A stretch of DNA of 64,000 bases from Gemmatimonadota bacterium (GTDB lineage: Bacteria > Gemmatimonadota > Gemmatimonadetes > Gemmatimonadales > Gemmatimonadaceae), in NCBI GenBank assembly GCA_040389905.1, contig JAZJZK010000009.1, forward strand, positions 1-64,000. The letters run 5' to 3'. The notes under the pieces were generated by a model. That model was not told the origin of the DNA and ran no database searches. It saw only the letters and a list, made by a program, of their open reading frames with translations. Shown piece by piece: positions 9,044-19,900 of the stretch. The first letter of the stretch is position 1; each line of letters starts with the position of its first letter. The position numbers were made by a program, and so were the translations under genes.

Positions 9044-9268
9044 ACGATCAACAGATCCAGGAACGGATTGAACGGATTTTCACGGAAACAACCGGATCGT
9101 TCCTGTGGTAGATCGAGGATGTGTGCGCCGACATTTACCCCGAGACAAGAAACATTCTTGAGTTTGAATGACGAGGGGCTGGCCTCGGTCTCCGAAGCCA
9201 GCCCTTCGCGTTTTATCCGGCTGTTATCCGTTCAATCCGTCGAATCTTGTTCAGAACCTGTTGATCGT
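9044..9268. repeat. Intergenic imperfect inverted repeat built from ACGGAT units, with an internal hairpin
   Basis: ACGATCAACAG..AACGGATTGAACGGAT..ACCGGAT (9044-9097) versus ATCCGG..ATCCGTTCAATCCGT..CTGTTGATCGT (9215-9268). Confidence 0.75.
9173..9214. terminator. Probable intrinsic terminator hairpin between the convergent permease and mlaD
   Basis: GAGGGGCTGGCCTCGG-TCT-CCGAAGCCAGCCCTTC followed shortly by TTTT. Confidence 0.5.
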
Positions 9269-9314
9269 TGGACTCCGCGCTTCACCATACGCGGCCTCAC
9301 AAGAATCCGGACGC

Positions 9315-10217
9315 CTAGAATATCCGCAGGTTGATGTACTTCTTCGGATTCGCTTTCAGATCCGCCAATACTGAGTCGGCTTGCGAGACGAGGCCACGCA
9401 GATCCCGATAGAGCAGTGTGTCCTTCAGGAATTTCCCGACCGTTCCCTGACCGCGCTGAATGCCAGCGACGATCGAATCCGCGCGACGGCTCGTGGAATC
9501 GAGGTTCGACGCAATTCGTGTCAGCGAGGCACTCGCGGTCCGGAAGTTCTTCATCGTCGAGTCAATTGCCGCGGAATCCACTGCACTCGCCGCCCTGCGC
9601 GCCGACGCCATCAATGCGTTGATGTTCTTGTTCTGCTCCGCCGCAATGAGGTTGAGTTGCGCTGACAGCCGAGTGGCGTTCTCCGACAGGGTCACGACGT
9701 TGGCGAGCGACTTCCGAATGTCTCGGATCCCACCTGCGGCCACGAGCTCGGCGTTCAACGTCTTGACCATGACCTGAACGCTGGCGCCGATTGAATCGAT
9801 CCGATTCTCGATCGCCTGAATGTCGACGTCGGCGGGCCCAACGGGCACCGTGTCCCCGGGCGCAAACGAGATGGTGCTTGGACCCGTGGGCGTCAGTCCA
9901 ATAGCCGCGTCGCCAAAGATGCCGATCGGCTTGACGCTCGCCTTGGAGTTTTTCGGCACCTTGATGTCGTCATTGATCCGGAGAAAGACGTCGAGAAACC
10001 CGTCGTTCCGGAGCTTCACGTTATTCACGGCACCGACATTCACGCCGGCGAGAAGCACTGGCTGACCTGGCTTGAGATTCTGGCCCCACGCAAACTTGGC
10101 GTAGAGCGGATACCCGGATGCCAGCCCGCCCCGGACGAGCCAGAGCGTGCCGAGCAGCGCGATGGCCAGCGCTGCGACCAGGAAGACACCAACAAGAACT
10201 TCGTCGCGCCGTTTCAT
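9315..10217 (-). CDS. mlaD: MlaD/MCE family protein
   Basis: N-terminal TM, LKPGQPVLLAGVNVGAV MCE motif, helical tail ending GTVGK...NPKKYINLRIF. Confidence 0.9.
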   Translation of the reverse strand: MKRRDEVLVGVFLVAALAIALLGTLWLVRGGLASGYPLYAKFAWGQNLKPGQPVLLAGVNVGAVNNVKLRNDGFLDVFLRINDDIKVPKNSKASVKPIGIFGDAAIGLTPTGPSTISFAPGDTVPVGPADVDIQAIENRIDSIGASVQVMVKTLNAELVAAGGIRDIRKSLANVVTLSENATRLSAQLNLIAAEQNKNINALMASARRAASAVDSAAIDSTMKNFRTASASLTRIASNLDSTSRRADSIVAGIQRGQGTVGKFLKDTLLYRDLRGLVSQADSVLADLKANPKKYINLRIF

Positions 10218-11068
10218 GTTTGTAGGTAAGGGGCGAGGAGCGCCGCCGTCAACGAGTCGAGCACGAGGATGGCAACGGAGGTAATGACGACCGCCTTCGC
10301 TGTCGAGCGGCCAACCCCCTCCGCGCCGGCCTCGGTCACGAACCCTTCATACGAACACACGAGAGAAATCGCACCGCCGAAGAGTAAGGCCTTCAGCAGG
10401 GAATACATGACCTGGAACGTTCCGAAGCCCAATCGCACGCCGGCAATGAAGTCCTGCTTGGTGACGTCCGTGGCATACACGGCCACCCCATAGCCGCTCA
10501 GCAGCCCCACGAAATCCGCAAGGATGACCAGGCACGGCAGCATCACGAGGCAGGCCAGCACGCGCGGCACGATCAGGAAGGCCAGTGGGTCGTACGACAG
10601 TGTTTCCAGCGCGTCGATCTGCTCCGTGACGCGCATCGTGCCGATCTCGGCCGTCATGCGCGCGCCGACTCGGCCCGTCAACACGAGCCCGGTGAGCAGC
10701 GGTCCGAGCTCGAGCACCTGCATGAGGCGCACCGAAAGCCCAATGATCGAGAGTTGGACGCCGGGGAACAGCTGATATCGTGTCTGAAGGGCGATGACGC
10801 CCCCCATGAACGCGGCAACGATCACCGTCAGAGGAATGGAATCCACTCCAATGCGGCGCATCTGCCGGATCGTTTCGGGCACGAACGTCGCCGGGTCGCC
10901 GAACGCACGCCCGATGTCGCGCAAGAAATATCCGCGCTGACCCACCTGCCGAAAGAACGAGATGAAACCCTGCGTCACCCGGCGCAGGAAGTGGATGCCC
11001 TTGCGCTGGACTATCGGGAACTGTTCGGTGGGACGCATGTCGCCGATCTGCCGATCGAGCTCGGTCAC
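10214..11068 (-). CDS. mlaE: MlaE family ABC permease
   Basis: ELGPLLTGLVLTGRVGARMTAEIGTMRVTEQIDAL, GAEGVGRSTAKAVV; GTGA overlap with the lptG stop. Confidence 0.92.
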   Translation of the reverse strand: MTELDRQIGDMRPTEQFPIVQRKGIHFLRRVTQGFISFFRQVGQRGYFLRDIGRAFGDPATFVPETIRQMRRIGVDSIPLTVIVAAFMGGVIALQTRYQLFPGVQLSIIGLSVRLMQVLELGPLLTGLVLTGRVGARMTAEIGTMRVTEQIDALETLSYDPLAFLIVPRVLACLVMLPCLVILADFVGLLSGYGVAVYATDVTKQDFIAGVRLGFGTFQVMYSLLKALLFGGAISLVCSYEGFVTEAGAEGVGRSTAKAVVITSVAILVLDSLTAALLAPYLQT

Positions 11069-12156
11069 GTGCGCACGCGTACGAGCAGCACCAGCCCGAC
11101 GAGCGCAAACAGGGCATTCGGAAGCCATGCTGCGACGTCGGGCGTCATGAGATTCTTGCCACCGACCGCCTTCGTAAGCTGGATGAGCATGAGGAAAGTT
11201 ACCGTCGTGGCGAGGCTGACCCCGATGCCGTATGCTGTGCCCCCACGCTGCGTGCTCGTGGCAAGGGGCGCGCCGAAGAGGGCGATCACCAGACACGTGA
11301 TCGGAATGGCGATCTTGAGCGCCCGCTCGACGCGGAGAACGTTCGCGTCTCCCCCCGACCGCTCCAGAGAACGGATGAAGCGCGACAACTCTGCGAACCG
11401 CATTTCCTGCGGGTCGCGCGGCTTGGCCATCATGTCGCCGGGCGATATGTCGTTCAACTTCCGGTCATACATCTGCCCGAAGCTCACGCTGAAGCTGGGC
11501 GTCGAGTCACGAATGATGTGCATCTCGCCCTGTTGAAGGACCCATGACTTCTGTGCCTCCTTGTAGTTCGCGACCGTGGAGGAGATGACAAGTGTCGGGT
11601 AATCAACGCCAAAGCCCTTTCGCTCGATCTGCAGCCGGTCGAGCGTTCCATGGGTTACGTCGAGCGACAACGCCTTGTAGACGCGCCCATACTCTCCAGC
11701 AAACGCGAAATTGGTGCGCAGAGTTCCAGATCCGATCTTGCTCTCGCCCAGGAGGTCGTTCCGGCGCGCATCCGTGATGGGCACCATTTCGCCGATCACG
11801 AGGTCGACGCCGGACGCGAGAAACGCGCCCAGCACGATCGGTACGATCAACCGGTAAAAGCTGATTCCCGACGCCTTTGCCGCCGTCACTTCCGAGTGCC
11901 GAGTGAACGTTCCGATGGAGAAGACCGTGGCGAACAGGACGGCAGCCGGCATCGCGAGGAACATCGACTGCGGGACCCAGAACAGGTAGCTCAGCGCGAT
12001 GTCGGCCGGCGGAATGTTGCGGTCGAGGTAGAGCTGGAGATGGTCCGTGACGTCGATGATGATGAGCAGGATGGGCAGGCCGAGCGCCGTGGACAGGAAG
12101 ATCTTCAACCACTCCCGGAACACGTACCGATCCAGGGGGCCGGCGATGCTACTCAT
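11065..12156 (-). CDS. lptG: LptF/LptG family permease (LptG-like)
   Basis: LDRYVFRE start, RHSEVTAAKASGISFYRL, periplasmic beta domain, AAWLPNALF. Confidence 0.88.
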   Translation of the reverse strand: MSSIAGPLDRYVFREWLKIFLSTALGLPILLIIIDVTDHLQLYLDRNIPPADIALSYLFWVPQSMFLAMPAAVLFATVFSIGTFTRHSEVTAAKASGISFYRLIVPIVLGAFLASGVDLVIGEMVPITDARRNDLLGESKIGSGTLRTNFAFAGEYGRVYKALSLDVTHGTLDRLQIERKGFGVDYPTLVISSTVANYKEAQKSWVLQQGEMHIIRDSTPSFSVSFGQMYDRKLNDISPGDMMAKPRDPQEMRFAELSRFIRSLERSGGDANVLRVERALKIAIPITCLVIALFGAPLATSTQRGGTAYGIGVSLATTVTFLMLIQLTKAVGGKNLMTPDVAAWLPNALFALVGLVLLVRVRT

Positions 12157-13826
12157 GTCATCCCCCGGACTGGTGCGCGGCGGAACTCGCGACGGGCGCG
12201 CCGCTCGTCCAGCCATTCGCGAAATCCGCCGCCGCGCGTGCTGCCCGCATCACGGTCCATCCGCAGCAGCATCACGAGCCCCACAAGCGTCAGAACGACA
12301 TTGGTGCCCCACATCGCCCAGAACGGATCCAGATACCCCTTGTTTGCCACCGCTTCCCCGCCGATGAGTCCAACGTAGTACAGGGCGAACACCGGCAAGC
12401 TGACACCAATGACCAGGCCGACGCCCCCACGTGGAAAGCGCAGCGCGAGGGGCGGCGCGAGGATGCAGAAGATCAGGCACGCGGCAGCCAGGGAAAACTT
12501 CTTGTGGATCTCGATTTCGAATCGGTCGCGAGCGCGTTGCGCGAACTCGAGCCTGATCTTCGCCTCGGTCTGCCGGGAATTCAGCCCTCCTCCGATCGGA
12601 ACGTCCGCCGGTCGCGTCGGACGCATGAGCGCCGCCGCCGCCGCGGCGGCGATGGCCTCCTGTTCCTTGCGCAGCGAATCAGCCGGGCTCTGGCCGGCCG
12701 CAATCGCTGGTGCCGGCTGCGGTGAAGTCACAGGGGGAAGCACCATCGTCCGGCCGGTGTCGACACGAAGCGATTCCGGTGCCACCGGTTTCGGCTTGAC
12801 CGTATCCTGAGCCGCGTGCAGGCCGGCATTACCGAGGTTCGCGGCGTGCGCCTCGGCCACGCCGAAGATTTTTTCCACCGCCGTGCAGTACGCCCAACCG
12901 ATGCCGTGAGGCTCGGGCGCTCGTCCCGTTGGGGCGGAGACGGCGTCTGCGTTTCCGGGCTTGTTGGCGTCCTTGAAGTCGCGCTCCGCCACCAGATAGG
13001 CGGTCTCTGCCGACCACAAGCGCGTCTGCATCTCGCAGATGGTCATCTCGCGATCACCCTTCGACATGGGATCGCTCTCGGTCTTCTTGAAGTCCCGCCC
13101 AACGTCCCTGATGCGAATGCGATTCTGATTGAAGAAGAGCCGGTCGAGCTCCGACGGTTTGTCCGTCGTCACTTCCTGCATCTGACCATGAAACAGCTTG
13201 AGGTCGAGGTCCACGCGATTGGGGGCAAACGCAATGTGCCCGCTGTCCGCGTAAATCGTGCGCCGCCGCATCGGATTGGCGAGATCATAGATGACGACCT
13301 CCGTCAAGCGACCGACCTCTCCCGTCCGATCGATCTTCCCCGCCTTGAGGTAGAACTTTCCTTCCGCAATCGAATTGATGACCTGCTCCTTGAGTAGCAG
13401 CGTCGGCTTGGTCTGCGAGATGTCTTCCTGCAGCGTTTTCAACTCGTGATTGGCGCGCGGCAAGATCTGATCGTTGAACGCCAGCAGAAGCAGCGACATC
13501 ACCAGTCCGCCCCAGATCGCCGGCGCGACCAGCGACCACGGACTGACGCCGCTGGCTTTCATCGCGGTCACCTCGTTCTCCGCGGCGAGCCGGCTGAAGG
13601 CATACAGCACGGCAACCAGCACCGACATCGGCACTGTGAGTGCGACGACAAAGGGCACGGACAGGGCGAGGAAATGCCCAATCACGCCCCACGGCAGTCC
13701 CTTGCCGACGAGCTGGCTGAGCTGTCGCGAGATGAAATTGAGGAGCATCAGCGACGTCAACGCGGTGAACGCGAACGTCAGCGGACCGACGTGCTCCTTG
13801 AGTACATACCGGCTAATTATCTTCAA
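12153..13826 (-). CDS. lptF: LptF/LptG family permease (LptF-like) with an enlarged periplasmic region
   Basis: IISRYVLKE, RLAAENEVTAMKASGVS, EIHKKFSLAAAC; ATGA coupling to the next gene. Confidence 0.88.
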   Translation of the reverse strand: MKIISRYVLKEHVGPLTFAFTALTSLMLLNFISRQLSQLVGKGLPWGVIGHFLALSVPFVVALTVPMSVLVAVLYAFSRLAAENEVTAMKASGVSPWSLVAPAIWGGLVMSLLLLAFNDQILPRANHELKTLQEDISQTKPTLLLKEQVINSIAEGKFYLKAGKIDRTGEVGRLTEVVIYDLANPMRRRTIYADSGHIAFAPNRVDLDLKLFHGQMQEVTTDKPSELDRLFFNQNRIRIRDVGRDFKKTESDPMSKGDREMTICEMQTRLWSAETAYLVAERDFKDANKPGNADAVSAPTGRAPEPHGIGWAYCTAVEKIFGVAEAHAANLGNAGLHAAQDTVKPKPVAPESLRVDTGRTMVLPPVTSPQPAPAIAAGQSPADSLRKEQEAIAAAAAAALMRPTRPADVPIGGGLNSRQTEAKIRLEFAQRARDRFEIEIHKKFSLAAACLIFCILAPPLALRFPRGGVGLVIGVSLPVFALYYVGLIGGEAVANKGYLDPFWAMWGTNVVLTLVGLVMLLRMDRDAGSTRGGGFREWLDERRARREFRRAPVRGMT

Positions 13827-13973
13827 TCGATGGTCCGATGTGCGGATGGCACGCGGAACTTCAAGAGTGGCACAGGGTTGTAGCGTGCGTCGCAGCCTGT
13901 AAATTCCGCACCGCTGACGCGGAAATTCAAGTGTTGCTTCAGCCGCGGTCGCTCAATACCCCGCCTCCCTGGA

Positions 13974-16900
13974 TTGGTGCGCGTTCTCCGGATCCTCGCC
14001 GTAATCGCGGCGTTCGCCCGGCCTCTGGTCGTCAACGCGCAAACGCCGGTGCGGCCTGCGCCGGTGCCGCGTGTCGATTCTGTCCGTGTCGATACGCTGC
14101 GGCCTGCGGCAGCGGATTCCATCCGGCGGGTCGTCATGCCCAAGCCCCCGGGTACGGGCGACACGCTCCGAAAGCCGCTCTTTGGCCCGAATAGCGACCT
14201 CAGCCTTGACGTCCGCACGCGATTCGAACCGAAGTTCGAGAAGCGAACGGACTCGCAATGTGCCAACGGCGTCTTCTTCAGTGCGGCCATCTGTCAGGAA
14301 GGGTTCACCAACAAGATCGAATCCCAGTTCTCGCTCCGAAGCGAGGGCACGGTCGCGGGTCGGATCCACGTCAACATCGACTACGACAGCAAGCGCGAGT
14401 TCGATGCGTCCAATACGATCAACCTCTTCTATGAAGGAAAGCCCACCGACAAGCTCCAACGGCTGGAAGTAGGAAACGTAGCCTTCACGCTGCCGTCCAC
14501 GCAGTTCCTCTCGAGCGGCGTTCCAAGCGGCAACTACGGAATCCAGGGTATCGGTCAGTGGGGCAGGTTCCGCTTTCAGGGCGTCGCCGCACAGCAGAAG
14601 GGCAACATCGTCCAGGACCGCAACTTCATCATTGGCGATCGTGCCCTGCAGGGCGCCGAGCGCGAGATCAAGGACAACGAGATCGAGCCTCGGCGATTCT
14701 TCTTCACCGTCGATCCGCTGCTGTTCAAGGGCGACTACCCCAACATCGACATTCTGGACCGCTCGCAGTTGGCACGCATCGCGAACACGCTTCCAGATAC
14801 ACTCCGGCCGCAGCGCGTCATCCTGTACCGAGTGCAGTTCGGTACGCAGCCGCAGAACCCGAATGGGCCGCGCTTTCGACTCATCGGCGACCCCGGACAA
14901 GGGCGCCAGACCTTTGATGTCCTGCGCGAGGGTGTGGACTACTATCTCGATCCCTCGCAACTCTGGTTCGCCCTCGTCCGCCCGCTCAATCAAAGCAATG
15001 AGCGATTGGTCGTCGCCTACACGGTTCGCATCAACGGCGTGGAAACGGTCTATCCGTCAACGGGTGGTACCCCCGATCTCCAATTCGTCCCGGCGCCTGC
15101 AGATCAGCGCGCGAATCTCGTCTTCGATCCGAATGTCGAACCTGGCTCCGCGGCCTTTCGCCGCGAAATCCGATCGGTGTATCGCGTAGCGGGTGATGAG
15201 TTGGTACGCAGTACGACGCGAGTGCGCGTCGTGAGCGGAGCGGGAGAACAGGAGAAGCCCGCTGCGGGAAACAGCGCAACATTTCTCCAGATGTTCGGGC
15301 TGTCCCAGAGCACCAATCCGGCGAGCTTCGACATCGAGAATCGCCTGTGGCCGCGCCCGACGGATCCGAACTACAGCGCCGCTGCCGGTGGCAGTGCGGG
15401 GCTCGCGAGCGCGGCGTCGCTCGGAGCGAGCGCCGGCGCCAGTGCGTCCGCGACCGGCCGCATCATCCGGGACCACTTCATCGTCTTTCCGTCGTTGCAG
15501 CCCTTCGCGCGAAAGGACTCCGGGCTCGTCGTCGCGGGAAACCCCACGAACGAGGCCGTGTACTCCACCCCGGGCGAATACCTGTATTCGACGCAGCATC
15601 CCGCGACCGTGTATCGCATCAAGGTCGGCTACGAGACGGAGACGCAGGCTGAGGTGGGAACGCTGATGCTCGGCAGTGTGCAGGTGCGGCAAGGCTCCGA
15701 ACGCGTGGTGCTCGACGGGCGGCCGCTCGTGCGTGATCTCGACTATCGCGTGGACTACGATCTCGGGCGAGTGACCTTTTCCCGTCCGGACACGCTCTTC
15801 AATCGCCAGCGCACCGTGACCGTGCGCTTCGAGGAGAATCCACTCTTCAACCTTGGTGCGACGCAAACGACGCTGTATGGGCTCATGAGCACGCTCTCGT
15901 TGAAGCATGGCGAGATCAACTTCATGGCCATCAACCAGACGCAGGCCACCAACTTCACTCGGCCGCAACTTGGCTTGGAAGCGGGATCGTCGCTGCTGGC
16001 CGGGGTGAACGGTGCAATGTCCTGGGAGCTGTCACCGCTGACATCGCTCGTGAACAGGCTGCCTTTCGCGCGAGGAGGCGTGCCATCGCGGCTCAGCATC
16101 CAGGGCGAGTTCGCTACCAGCCGGCCGCAGGCGAACACCGATCAGCAGCCATACATCGAGAGCTTCGAAGGTGACGCAGGTGTGCCGGTAAGCCTGTCGG
16201 ATCAGCTGTGGGCACGTTCGAGCCAGCCTGCGGACGGGCACGCCGCACTCCGCCGCTTCGGCGCAAACCCCTTCGATCTGCGCCGCGCGAGCACGATTGC
16301 CTTTCAGAGCGTCGGTCGCTCGGCCGCGGGCGGGCTCGTCCAGGTTCCGCGCGACAGCATCGACAAGAATGCGACCTTCGCGGGCGCGACGTCGTCGTTC
16401 TCCAGCCCCGAAGCGTTGCTGTGGCTGACGCTGTACCCACTGCGTATTGGCGGCCGGTATGATCCCGTCACGCGTACCGGCGCATGGACGGTCAGCAACA
16501 CCCTTGGGGGGCGCCGCTTCGGATCCATTCGCACGGTGCTCAGCCCCTCGGGCAGAGATCTGTCGAGGGTGGAGAACCTGGAGTTCTGGACACTGGTCGA
16601 CACCGCCGCCGCCAGCCGCACGACGAACCCGACCCTCATCTTCGATCTTGGCGACATTTCCGAGAATCGCATTGCGTTCGCGCCGGAATCGCTGACGGTT
16701 CGCAGTGGCGCCGTGGCCGATTCCCTCTTTCGTGGAAAGCGCTTCCAGGGGCTCGACACCCTCGACACTGAGCGCGATCCCATTTCGCGCGCATTCAACG
16801 CGGCGGTCAACGATCGCGGACTCCCCGGCGACGTCGTCGATACGCTCGTGGTGGATAACGGGTCCGGCGTCATTCGGACGTTCAAGACGCCGATGTGCAC

Positions 16901-19900
16901 CGGGATCTCACGCGAGCTGCTTCGGTTGGGCGACTCGCGAGCCAACTGCACCATCGGAAACAATCGACTCGATGAAGAGGACATCGATCTCGATGGCGTG
17001 CTAAACCTGCCGACCATCGCTCGTGACGGAGAAAAGCTCACGCGCTTCATCGTCGATCTGGGAGACAAGACGCGGTGGGTGCGCTTTGGCGGCTCCTTCC
17101 GGCAACAGATCGATTCCGCCGGTGCCATTCGCACGCTCCAGTGGGTGATGGTCCGTGTTCCATTCCGCACGGCAGACGACACGCTCAATGCCGTGTTGCT
17201 CCGAAAGGTGCGTGCGCTGCGTGTGACGATGGTGAGCGGAGCGACAAAGGGCGACGACGAGTTCACACAGGTGCCTCTCGCCCGGTTGAAGTTGACGGGG
17301 CCTCCGTGGCTCAAGCGCAATGAACAGACGCTGGTCGGCATCGCCGGTGAACAGCCCGCGGGGGGCTACACTCAAACGTCGCTCATCAGTACTGCGGACA
17401 AGGGCACGACCAGCGCCGATGACTACCAGTCTCCTCCGGGCGTCATCGAGGAGGCCGACTCGCGCGCGGCCGTATTCTCGACGACGACCGTCGAGGTCAA
17501 CGAGCACGCGCTCCGGCTGCAGGCAGGGAATCTCCCCGTGTACGGCAGGGCGGAGGCGTTCTACCGCTTTCCGAATGGCCAGCAGAGTTTCATGGGCTAC
17601 CAGCAGCTTCGGATGTGGGCGCGCGGCCGACGTGCCGGATGGGGCGACAACGGCGAGCTCCAGATGTACGTGAAGCTCGGTCGCGACGCGAACAACTTCT
17701 ATCTGTATCGCACGACGATCAGTGGCGGCGCGGGGCAGGCGGCGTGGAACCCTGAGGTCATCGTCGACTTCAATCGCTTCTTCGCGCTTCGGCAGAAGCT
17801 CCAGAACGCGTACCTCCAGAATCTGGGTGACACCCTATCGTGCACCGGTGCCGACGTGGCGTTGGTGAATGCGTCTCCCGTGCCGGTGTCGGTGGGCCAG
17901 CGCCGATATGTCGCGTGCGACGGCGGTTACATGGTCTACACTGTCGAGCCCGGCGCCGCACCGCCGAATCTCGCGGCAGTGCAGGAGATGGCGGTCGGGT
18001 TTGTCCGACTCCCAACGAACGGAGGTGCACCGAGTGTGATCGGGCCGGCCGATTCACTGGAGATGTGGGTCGATGACATTCGGCTCGGAAAGGTGCTGAA
18101 CAAACCCGGTTACGCTGGACAGGTCAGCGTGGCCCTTTCGGCCTCCGACATTGCGGACGTCCGCGTCGGCTTCACGCGAAAGGACGCGAATTTTCACCAG
18201 CTCACCGACCAGCCGAGCTTCGTGGACGATCGCCTCATCGACGTGATTGGCACGCTCCACCTGGAGAAACTGCTTCCCGCGAATCTTGGGCTGTCCGTTC
18301 CGCTCACCGTGACGCACGTTTCGTCGGCGAGTACGCCGCTGTATCTCAGCGGCACCGACGTACCCGGTGGCGGTGTGCCGAACTTGCGCGCGCCGAGTAC
18401 CGGCGTAACGACCTACGCGCTGAGTGTGCGACGAACGGCGCCACTCGGGAATCCGTTGCTCAGCGCACTTGTCGATAATCTCGGACTTACGTCGACGTAT
18501 ACGACCGGCGACAGCAGGAATGAATACCAGAGCGGCAATAACGATCGATTCGCATTGAGCCTGGATTACAACGTTGCTGCGGAGGCGAGAACCGCCCGCG
18601 TGCCGGGCATTCTCGGGGTGCCGCTGGCCATCTTGCCCGGTGCCAGTGGTCGTGGCGACACGATCTCCGCGCCCACGCTGTTTCGCTGGAATCCCACCGT
18701 GCTGCGTTTTTCGAGCGGAGTCGTGCGGGGAACGGACACGCGATTCAGCTTCCTCAAACCGGCAGACGCACTCGACGACTCCGCGCGCATGTCGCGCAGT
18801 GACCAGAACCTGTGGCGCAATTCCAGCTCGATGGAACTGCGTCCGACGAACGCGCTGTCCGCGCGATGGGACTTCATCTCGCTGCGCGACCTCCGCGACT
18901 ACGGCGATACGAGCGTGGCTTCGCGCGCGCTCACCGACAGCCGAGCAAAGCTCTTTGGCGCGAATGTCGGTGTGGAGCGTGAGCGTTCACTGCTGACGTC
19001 CTTTGCCTTCGCGCCGCAGTACTCGCCATGGATCCGGCCTCGCCTGGACTTCGGAACGCAGTACGGTTTGTTGCGCGACCCAAACGCCGGCTCCCACGCG
19101 AATCTGTCGTTCGGCAATTCGCTGATCGAGACAGCCCCGCGCCGAATCACCGTCTCACAGAACCTCGGCGGCGGAGTCAGCATCGACGTCGGCAAGGCGC
19201 TCATGATCTACGGCGCGGACTCGTCTATGGCCCGCCGCTTGTCCAAGGTATTCGCGCCTCTCGATGTCACGCTCAATCGAAGTCTTCTCTCGGCGTTCGA
19301 CGCCGCGTCGGCCGGTTCTCCCCTCGGACTCCAGTTCGGGCTCGGTGGCGTGGATGCGTTCCGGCAAGCGAACGGCCAACTCGCCGCGACGACGGGACTC
19401 ACGCAAGCATTCTCTGCCAGCCAGTCACTCCTGCTTCCCGGCAACATTGCGCTCGTGAATCGCTACCGGCGTACCACGACGCGAAGCTGGACTCGGCGGC
19501 TCGAGGCTGCGCAGTCCGTCGCCGACGGCGCACAGACGATTTTTCCGGATGCGAGCCTCCGCTGGAACTGGACGCCGCCCGCCATCATCCAGCCGTTCGT
19601 GAAATCGCTGGGCGCGAACGCAGGCTTTGCGCGGTCCTTCGGAACCAGTTTTCTCCCAGGTGACGAATTCGGTCAGCGTCCGGAACTGCGCGGCTCGCTT
19701 GTCCGCACGATCCCGCTCAACACGTCGATTCTCTGGGGTTTTGGGCGGTCGCTCACGACGTCCGCGGGCTACACCCTCACCACCCGCGCTGACTCGCTCC
19801 CGGGCAGTGTCGCGGAGGGGCGGTCGGAAGACATGAGTCTCGACATCGGCCGAGCATTCAAGTTTCCGAAGAGCCTTGGTTTCACGGTGGAAAACGACGT

